Virus record (IMG/VR): IMGVR_UViG_3300033064_006579
Span: 48,459 to 112,458 of that record
DNA length: 64,000 bases
DNA from: a virus
Reading direction: 5' to 3' (one strand)
Below, one piece after another: positions 57,604 through 64,000 of this stretch. Position 1 is the stretch's first letter, and each line of letters starts with the position of its first letter. The notes beneath the pieces were generated by a model that worked only from the letters and a program-made list of their open reading frames with translations, did not search any database and was not told the DNA's origin. Made by a program: the position numbers and the translations under genes.

Positions 57604-58977
57604 TTAGTGCTTCTCCTTATTCATCGCACCAGTTTCTTCGATCATCCATCTGTGCCACTCGTGAACCTTATAATCGGGAGAACCAGAGCAATTCCATGCC
57701 ATCTGCTCACCCTGCTCTCCGAGTTGCGATACCCACCATTCAAACCCGTTCATATTGTTGACGATTTTAGCAAAAATGAAGTTCGTTTTTTTCAATTCTT
57801 CAAACAGCGAGGTGCCGGGATAAGGTGTCATATAAAACACGGCGCTTGGAACTATCCCCATTTCCTCACAGAAATTGACGCTCGCCGCAATAGTCTCGTC
57901 TGTTTCGCCAGGCGTGCCGACAATAAACGTATAATCCTCATAGGGAAAGAATCCCTTACTGATTTCAATAGCCCTGCGATAGTCATCTACATTAGCCTTC
58001 TTGTTCATTCTGTCGAGCATCTTTTGACTACCGCTTTCAAGGCCATAGCAAACTCCGACGCATCCTGCCGAGTACATTGCCCCTGCGAGTTCTTCATCCA
58101 TTATCGAGGGCCTACCCGCACAGGACCAGGTAACATCGGCGAGATCGAATTGATGTTTGGTTTTACAGAATTCCATCGTCCATTTTTTACTGCCACAGAA
58201 CAGATCGTCTGTAAAGTGGACGTAGGCAACCTCATATGTATCATTCAAGTATTGCATCTCTTGGAGAATATCAAATATATATCGCCGTCTATACCCTTGT
58301 CCCATATAATGGTGGTAACAATATATGCACCCGAACGGACAACCACGAGTTCCTATCATATTCATCGAGCGAGTAGAGTACTCCGAAAGTTTTGCATGTT
58401 TGCCATCAGACCATTTCTCTTTATTCTGCCAAGCAATAGGATTAAACAAATATTCATCTATTGGGAATAGATCGTATGCTGGCCAAGATAATTCAGAAAT
58501 ATCTTTTATCGGAGGCCTGTCGAAGTTTGCATTTATTATGCTCCCGTTCAACTTAGTGGAACACCCTATTGTATTATCCTTGCAACCATTATTAAGCAAT
58601 TTAACAATCGTCACCTCACCCTCGCCCCTCACGCATATATCGACATCCGTCTTTTTCAGTACCAAATCGGGCACTGACGTAGCTAAAGGGCCACCACATA
58701 TAACAGGGGCAGCCGGATTAATTTCCCTGCTCATTCTGGCGATTTCTTTGACTTCTTTATATTGAGTTATGATCCCCGTAATGCCGAGGACATCGTATTG
58801 CTTCGACCTCAATATGCCTTCATAGGTAATGTCCTCCTGTCTAATCGCATTGAAGTCGAATACACCGACATCATGACCAGCACCTCTAATAGTGGAGGCG
58901 ATATATCCGAGTCCAGTCGGAAAGCAATTCGGTTGCGCCCACCGTCTAACAGGAGGGTTGATTAGCAATACTTTCAT
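57604..58977 (-). CDS. B12-binding radical SAM enzyme (class B methyltransferase-like)
   Basis: VLLINPP, PTGLGYIA, GGP, GEGE, TRGCPFGCIYC and GLESGSQKML motifs. Confidence 0.9.
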   Translation of the reverse strand: MKVLLINPPVRRWAQPNCFPTGLGYIASTIRGAGHDVGVFDFNAIRQEDITYEGILRSKQYDVLGITGIITQYKEVKEIARMSREINPAAPVICGGPLATSVPDLVLKKTDVDICVRGEGEVTIVKLLNNGCKDNTIGCSTKLNGSIINANFDRPPIKDISELSWPAYDLFPIDEYLFNPIAWQNKEKWSDGKHAKLSEYSTRSMNMIGTRGCPFGCIYCYHHYMGQGYRRRYIFDILQEMQYLNDTYEVAYVHFTDDLFCGSKKWTMEFCKTKHQFDLADVTWSCAGRPSIMDEELAGAMYSAGCVGVCYGLESGSQKMLDRMNKKANVDDYRRAIEISKGFFPYEDYTFIVGTPGETDETIAASVNFCEEMGIVPSAVFYMTPYPGTSLFEELKKTNFIFAKIVNNMNGFEWWVSQLGEQGEQMAWNCSGSPDYKVHEWHRWMIEETGAMNKEKH

Positions 58978-59680
58978 TACCCATCTCCCATATAGTTTTC
59001 GCCAATAAGAAATCTAAATCAGTATCGATATCAAGTCCAGTTACCTTACCCATCTCATAACCGAGCATTCCATCGATATACTGCTCTTTCTTTTCTCTCA
59101 ATTCTGCGACGTCACAAATCCAAACGGCACCGTTACTTTTATAAATAACCTTATCTTGACCAGCCTTAACAAGCGAAGGTTTCCAATTAACCGACCCACG
59201 TAGCGGGACAAGAGTATTATCGCCAAAATATTTCTCCATCAGAGTATTCGGATTAAAATCGACTTTTGTCACGCTCATCACCGGCTTACGGCCATTATTA
59301 AAAAACATTTCATAAGCCGCAATCATGTGTGTCGGCAAACAGAAGGGAGAGGTGGGAAGTGTCATCATCACTGTGGTGTATCCCTCACCCTCATAAAAAT
59401 TTAAAACATCGACGAGCACTTCCCACACCCTTATATCATCCCCGCAAAGCGACTGCGGCCTCTTGATAACATCAATAAAGCTACCAACATTTGACGTTCT
59501 TAAAACATCATAAACAAGATCGCTTTCAGTCGATACCACAACTTCGCCGATCTTCGAGGTCACTGCTCTCTCTGCAGCTATCTCAACAAGTGATCTGCCA
59601 CCTATCTGCAATAAACTCTTGCCGGGTAACCGCCTGCTCGTCCCTTTTGCGGGGATGACTATAAGAACCTTCTCTCCCAT
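58946..59680 (-). CDS. neuA: CMP-nonulosonic acid synthetase (NeuA/PseF family)
   Basis: IPAKGTSRRLPGK, VVSTES, PTSPF, NGAVW and LDIDTDLDF motifs. Confidence 0.85.
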   Translation of the reverse strand: MGEKVLIVIPAKGTSRRLPGKSLLQIGGRSLVEIAAERAVTSKIGEVVVSTESDLVYDVLRTSNVGSFIDVIKRPQSLCGDDIRVWEVLVDVLNFYEGEGYTTVMMTLPTSPFCLPTHMIAAYEMFFNNGRKPVMSVTKVDFNPNTLMEKYFGDNTLVPLRGSVNWKPSLVKAGQDKVIYKSNGAVWICDVAELREKKEQYIDGMLGYEMGKVTGLDIDTDLDFLLAKTIWEMGNESIANQPSC

Positions 59681-59699
59681 TTCAATCTTTCCTCTATCT

Positions 59700-59733
59700 C
59701 TATTATAATAAATTTTTTAGGTTTCTTGAAAAA
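59700..59733 (-). promoter_or_regulatory. 34-bp repeated promoter-like element
   Basis: Identical to 56074-56107; directly upstream of the neuA-like gene. Confidence 0.6.
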
Positions 59734-60712
59734 TATTTTCGATCATCTCTTTAAGCCACTCAACATTATCGTCGCGAGCAATATTTTCAGAGCAGTAATG
59801 CCAATTATCGGGTACGGGGTTTCCAAATGTCTTTGGCTTGAATTCAAAAAACTCGTTGTCTGGAGCTACCATATAAGCCCACCCACAATCATAAGTCCTA
59901 CTCGACTCGTCTGGCGCGACAAGGAATTCGTGAAGTTTCTCGCCGGGTCTTATCCCGATTTCCTTGACCCTACAATGAGGACAGACGGCTGAGGCAAGAT
60001 CTCTTACGGAGGCCGATTCAATTTTTGGAACAAACACCTCACCACCAACCATAAGTTCCAATGCAGTAATCGCAAAGTCAACAGATTGTGGCAACGTCCA
60101 CCAAAACCTTGTCATTCTTTTATCAGTAATAAAAATCTCCCCACTTTTTGCCTGCTCAATAAATTCCTGTAAAACCGAACCGCGAGATGCGAGAACATTG
60201 CCATAGCGTATTGCAGAAAACGAAGTTCGACGACCGCCAAGGACATTAGAAGAAGTGAACATCTTCTCGGCAACCAGTTTTGTCGCCCCATAAAGATTGA
60301 TAGGCGCAACAGCCTTGTCGCTACTGAGGGCAACCACCCTCTTGACCCCGCGAGATATTGCCGTCTCTATTACATTCTGCGCGCCAAGAATATTGGTCTT
60401 CACACACTCAAAAGTGTTATACTCACAAAGTGGGACCTGCTTCAAAGCCGCAGCATGAAAAACATAGTCGACACCCTTCATAGCCGCATAGAGTCTTGCC
60501 TTATCTCTGACATCACCAATGAAAAACCTCAGTATCGGGTTAGGAAAAGCACCATAGTGACTAATCATTTGTACCTGCTTAAACTCGTCCCTACTATAAA
60601 TTATGATTTTATCCGGAACACCATCGCTTCCAGACATCAGATGCCTGACCATTTCTTGACCAAAGCTCCCAGTGCCACCAGTTATCATAATTGTTTTCCC
60701 GCTGAATGTCAT
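59717..60712 (-). CDS. pseB: UDP-N-acetylglucosamine 4,6-dehydratase (inverting)
   Basis: ITGGTGSFG, SRDEFKQ, HAAALKQVP..EYN, DKA..PINLYGATKL, RYGNV..SRGSV, MTRFW and GIRPGEKLHE motifs. Confidence 0.9.
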   Translation of the reverse strand: MTFSGKTIMITGGTGSFGQEMVRHLMSGSDGVPDKIIIYSRDEFKQVQMISHYGAFPNPILRFFIGDVRDKARLYAAMKGVDYVFHAAALKQVPLCEYNTFECVKTNILGAQNVIETAISRGVKRVVALSSDKAVAPINLYGATKLVAEKMFTSSNVLGGRRTSFSAIRYGNVLASRGSVLQEFIEQAKSGEIFITDKRMTRFWWTLPQSVDFAITALELMVGGEVFVPKIESASVRDLASAVCPHCRVKEIGIRPGEKLHEFLVAPDESSRTYDCGWAYMVAPDNEFFEFKPKTFGNPVPDNWHYCSENIARDDNVEWLKEMIENIFQET

Positions 60713-60975
60713 CGCAACACCTCTTTAAGATTATCAATTGCTTTTATATGAAAATTTATCTCTTCTTTCATAGTAGGCGATAGATTTTCTTTTAATTTCG
60801 GATCGATATTTACAAACAAGTTTTTTAAATCATCAATCATTCCAGGAGTTATTTCACAATCTCCCTGACTCTTACCAAGAGGGTTATTACAGCCAGGGCA
60901 ATACTCTTGGTACTCTTTAGGTTGCCAACGATGACAAGTATCGCACCACCTTGGATATAAATGCCGGCCACTCAT
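60709..60975 (-). CDS. Hypothetical zinc-ribbon protein
   Basis: CDTC...YCPGC. Confidence 0.5.
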   Translation of the reverse strand: MSGRHLYPRWCDTCHRWQPKEYQEYCPGCNNPLGKSQGDCEITPGMIDDLKNLFVNIDPKLKENLSPTMKEEINFHIKAIDNLKEVLR

Positions 60976-61475
60976 CGCAACACCTCTTTAATTTGTTTCA
61001 TCAAATTGCACGGAATAAGAACGTTATCGGATATTGGCCACAAACCGCCATGGAGAACCAATTCTTCGATCAAATCCTTGACATGTTTAATATTGTCCAC
61101 ACCAAACATCGACGTGAGCCTACCATAATCATCTCTGACCAAATCCCAATCGGTAGTCAAACATACAGTTGACAACCCGGCATTTATAGCATCAAACATT
61201 GGAGTTGATGGAAAATCTACGAGAGCAAAATCGGCTTTCTTCAATTCTCTTTCGAGCTTCCTTATGCTATACCGGATATTCTTAGCCCTCCAATCTCTAA
61301 TGGGATCTTCTGGGAAGCTTCGGCGACCAGCCTTCCATATCACTTTGATAGGTAATGTTTTAAAGAACTCGTACAACTCCTTCTGCCACTTGAAATACCA
61401 AGTGTTCGGACAAGTCGGAGGCCAAAGTCCCATCTCATTTCTATACAAAAGCGGGATATATATTAGAGTTTTCAT
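60972..61475 (-). CDS. Single Rossmann-like domain resembling the C-terminal half of a GT-B transferase
   Basis: KVIWK, LKKADFALVDFPSTPMFDAI..G pattern. Confidence 0.5.
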   Translation of the reverse strand: MKTLIYIPLLYRNEMGLWPPTCPNTWYFKWQKELYEFFKTLPIKVIWKAGRRSFPEDPIRDWRAKNIRYSIRKLERELKKADFALVDFPSTPMFDAINAGLSTVCLTTDWDLVRDDYGRLTSMFGVDNIKHVKDLIEELVLHGGLWPISDNVLIPCNLMKQIKEVLR

Positions 61476-61666
61476 TTAGAAGCCTCCTCCCACGCATTTC
61501 GTGAGCACTCCTCGCTACAAAGGTGCCCATGGAAAGAAATATCGATCCATTTTGTCATTTCTTTGCACATAAAACATTGCCCTTCAATCTCACTCCTTAT
61601 TAAACTCGACCCTTCGAATTGATATTCTTTGTAACAATTGTCTGACCACTTATCATCGAATTTCAT
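61472..61666 (-). CDS. Hypothetical zinc-finger protein
   Basis: CFMC..TKWIDISF...LCSEEC. Confidence 0.55.
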   Translation of the reverse strand: MKFDDKWSDNCYKEYQFEGSSLIRSEIEGQCFMCKEMTKWIDISFHGHLCSEECSRNAWEEASK

Positions 61667-62892
61667 TACAGCACCATTATGTCGTGAACTTGATGGATCA
61701 TCGGCATCGAGAAAAACTTGGCTGCTTTAGTCTCCTCATCAAAAAGGTAAAACCCAGCATTCATCCCTATATGCTTCCGCTCGCCCCGATGAAGATTGAA
61801 ATACCTATTCTCGCTCTGCCCAACATAATAATATTTACCATCATAAGCGAGGCCCCTTGTAAAACCAGGAAACTCGCCAATAACTCGACTACCTTTATAA
61901 AACAGTCCATTCATGCTGTCAAGATAGTGAATCGCCCCGTTGAAAAATCTGACAGAATGAGGCATCCAAAGCCTCTCTGCAACAACAGTGCCAGTCCAGG
62001 ATTCCTCGCTTCCGACCCTTATTATGCCACCATCATACATCCCCTCGGACTGCAAACCCGACAGTGAAAACATAGAGGCATAAACTTCACCATCCTTCAC
62101 GACGAGGTCGTTAACCCAATGACTTCTCTTTGAATTAAAAATCAAATTGCTATCCCCAATATGGAGGCCGTCGCCAGTCAATTCCATCCTGATAATCTGA
62201 TTTTTGTTTGTAGCGGCAAGAAATAAGCGCTCGTTTTCTTCACAATAAGCCAAGCCATGCGGTCTTAATTCTTTATCGATATGAATCCAGCCATTGTTAA
62301 AATAATCACCCTTACCAATCAATATTCCTCTCGCCTCATCCAAAATATAAATCAAATCATCTTTCCCCTTGACCATCTGACGAAAAGTGCCTGTAGCCAC
62401 TTTATTGCACTCATTTGTGCCAATATTGTAAATGTAAAGTCCACCGCCGATATTACTGTTCCTATCCATGTCAGAATAAATAAGATGATCCGGCGAGCTG
62501 ATCAAGAGTCTCGCCCCGTGAGAATGGATGTCAGAAATTACTTTAAGATCGTTCATGGCAGGCGTTATACAAAAATCAATACCAGGTTCAAACTCTTTAC
62601 CAACAAGCTCCTCGTAAATGCTTTCATACGAGAGGCTCGTAATGATAATAAAGTCCTCCTCAAGATAAATTCTGTCATCCGGCTCATGTATCGGAAGATC
62701 GCTGTACTCGCATGCTTGTCCCTGAAAATTTTCGCTATTATCGACGACGGTAAATCTTAATGTCGAACTAATATGGGGAAGGGTTTTATCGATCCAATAC
62801 TTAGAATATCCAAAAAAGATAACTTTTCCTTTATAGCGATCGATTCTTGTCCAAACGTCACTCCACGTCATCCACGCTCTTTCATCAATCAT
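61666..62892 (-). CDS. Beta-propeller protein (DUF4915-like) with N-terminal Rossmann-like domain
   Basis: PHGLA, HWVNDL, LWMPHS, GFTRGLA.D and VHDI motifs. Confidence 0.65.
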   Translation of the reverse strand: MIDERAWMTWSDVWTRIDRYKGKVIFFGYSKYWIDKTLPHISSTLRFTVVDNSENFQGQACEYSDLPIHEPDDRIYLEEDFIIITSLSYESIYEELVGKEFEPGIDFCITPAMNDLKVISDIHSHGARLLISSPDHLIYSDMDRNSNIGGGLYIYNIGTNECNKVATGTFRQMVKGKDDLIYILDEARGILIGKGDYFNNGWIHIDKELRPHGLAYCEENERLFLAATNKNQIIRMELTGDGLHIGDSNLIFNSKRSHWVNDLVVKDGEVYASMFSLSGLQSEGMYDGGIIRVGSEESWTGTVVAERLWMPHSVRFFNGAIHYLDSMNGLFYKGSRVIGEFPGFTRGLAYDGKYYYVGQSENRYFNLHRGERKHIGMNAGFYLFDEETKAAKFFSMPMIHQVHDIMVL

Positions 62893-64000
62893 TTTACATA
62901 CTCCCTCACAGGTAGGCCTTTATAAATCGGATCTTTCAAAGCCCACCGCCAATTTTTCTGCTCAAAAATATCAGTATTCCAAAACTGATCGACAATACCC
63001 CAAAACTCAAGATGAGTGTAACCAAGGAAATCGCAAAAGACGTCGAGCCCGCGCCTGTCAAGTTTATGATCATAATCGCGCACGAGCCTGATTGCCTCGT
63101 CTCTCGTAATAAGCCCCTCCCTAACCCGGCGAGCGGCAATGTTTGTCGCCCGCTGATAGCCAAACTTTGGATACTTCAGCCAATAGTAGACCATATAGGC
63201 AAACGAATCGATCTGCTCGAACGCATCAATGCAGCCCTCGCGATCCCACTCGTGGTGAAGATCTTTAAATCCGTAGCGCTTGGCAACCTCGTGATGTTTA
63301 ACGCTCGACCACGGATCATAATGACTGAGATAAACAGACTTCAAAAGTCCTTTGCCAATATGATCTTGAGCTGTATTTGTTAGTGGCATGACGCTGACGA
63401 GTTCTTCAAGTCTAATTCCTCTGTCCAACCAATACTTTAAGTTAACTGTTTTGTTATCAATACTCTGCCTTAAAGAATTTCCATCGCCACGCATATGTTC
63501 GCCATACTCATGAGGACCATCCTCGCCATCGACGATCAGTGGTATCCTTAATTTCAAAGCGATATGAATTGGAATTATTGCTATCGAATCTTCCAGAAAT
63601 TTAAAGGCGTCGAGGTTTTCCTCAAAAGAAATTCTCGTTGTCCTTCTAAACAAGTCGGCAGAATAATTAAACATCATGTGGTCGACATTAAATGCCACAC
63701 TCATGTTTCTGAGGTTATACTCACCAGCCTCGGTGCCAGGAAAAGGATCGGTAATGGTTAGAAGAAGTGGATTCATCTTCATTACTTCTTTCATGTACCA
63801 TACCTGATAATGACTGTCCTTCCCACCACTCACTGGGATAAGACAATCCCAATTTGTCGACGGCGATCTTACAGAATCACAGATGTCTCTAAACATTTTG
63901 TGCCTTAGAACCCAATCGATATGTTCCCTCGCCTCCCAATTTCCACAAGCAAAGCAAACTCCACAATTATGAAACTTGACATTCGGCCTCGTATCGGGCT
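62889..64000 (-). CDS. N-acetyl sugar amidotransferase (PseA/WbuX-like PP-loop ATPase), start beyond window end
   Basis: DCLIPVSGGKDSHYQ and LKYPKFGYQRAT...R.G.ITRDEA; the frame stays open to 64000 with PDTRPNV.F..CGVCFAC. Confidence 0.88.
   Translation of the reverse strand, partial: PDTRPNVKFHNCGVCFACGNWEAREHIDWVLRHKMFRDICDSVRSPSTNWDCLIPVSGGKDSHYQVWYMKEVMKMNPLLLTITDPFPGTEAGEYNLRNMSVAFNVDHMMFNYSADLFRRTTRISFEENLDAFKFLEDSIAIIPIHIALKLRIPLIVDGEDGPHEYGEHMRGDGNSLRQSIDNKTVNLKYWLDRGIRLEELVSVMPLTNTAQDHIGKGLLKSVYLSHYDPWSSVKHHEVAKRYGFKDLHHEWDREGCIDAFEQIDSFAYMVYYWLKYPKFGYQRATNIAARRVREGLITRDEAIRLVRDYDHKLDRRGLDVFCDFLGYTHLEFWGIVDQFWNTDIFEQKNWRWALKDPIYKGLPVREYVK

Noticed and set aside
1-64000. Plus-strand ORFs in the track (e.g. 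11752-12405, 24584-25195, 26977-27783, 57607-58470)
   Set aside because: They are antisense shadows of well-supported minus-strand genes and have no recognisable motifs
1-64000. Genome-wide stop codon reassignment
   Set aside because: Long genes are intact in code 11, and TAA, TGA and TAG all end tightly coupled genes; only one isolated in-frame TGA was seen
44480-64000. Glycan genes as flanking host chromosome, with tRNA-Gly as the prophage att site
   Set aside because: The genes are interleaved with phage-type micro-ORFs, share strand and the dispersed repeat with the virion module, and there is no integrase or duplicated tRNA end; it cannot be fully excluded without the flanks

Overview
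The whole window is part of a tailed-phage (siphovirus-like) genome, and essentially every real gene is on the minus strand. Reading in transcription order (high to low coordinates): (1) 64-44.4 kb is an accessory region in which small phage-type ORFs are interleaved with a nonulosonic (pseudaminic-like) acid and glycan toolkit: N-acetyl-sugar amidotransferase, PseB, NeuA-like and NeuB-like enzymes, RmlB, GT2 and GT4 transferases, a GT2-radical SAM fusion, two B12-radical SAM enzymes and a PIG-L deacetylase. (2) A tRNA-Gly. (3) At 41.4-42.6 kb, an array of small ORFs separated by five attC-like hairpins, with no integrase in the window. (4) Terminase, portal, an M15 endolysin, a 1697-aa multi-toxin MuF protein, protease/scaffold, decoration proteins and major capsid. 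(5) An O-antigen-ligase-like membrane protein inside the head operon. (6) A lambda-like tail module with two tail-tube paralogues, tape measure and tip proteins. (7) A LapG-like protease and a probable holin. The two strongest candidate novelties are a strongly enriched S-G-x-[S/T] motif in predicted surface-exposed virion proteins, which may be a sequon for a phage-encoded virion glycosylation system, and a phage-borne integron-like cassette array whose R' boxes all read ATT instead of GTT. All calls come from motif recognition by eye; no database searches were run.
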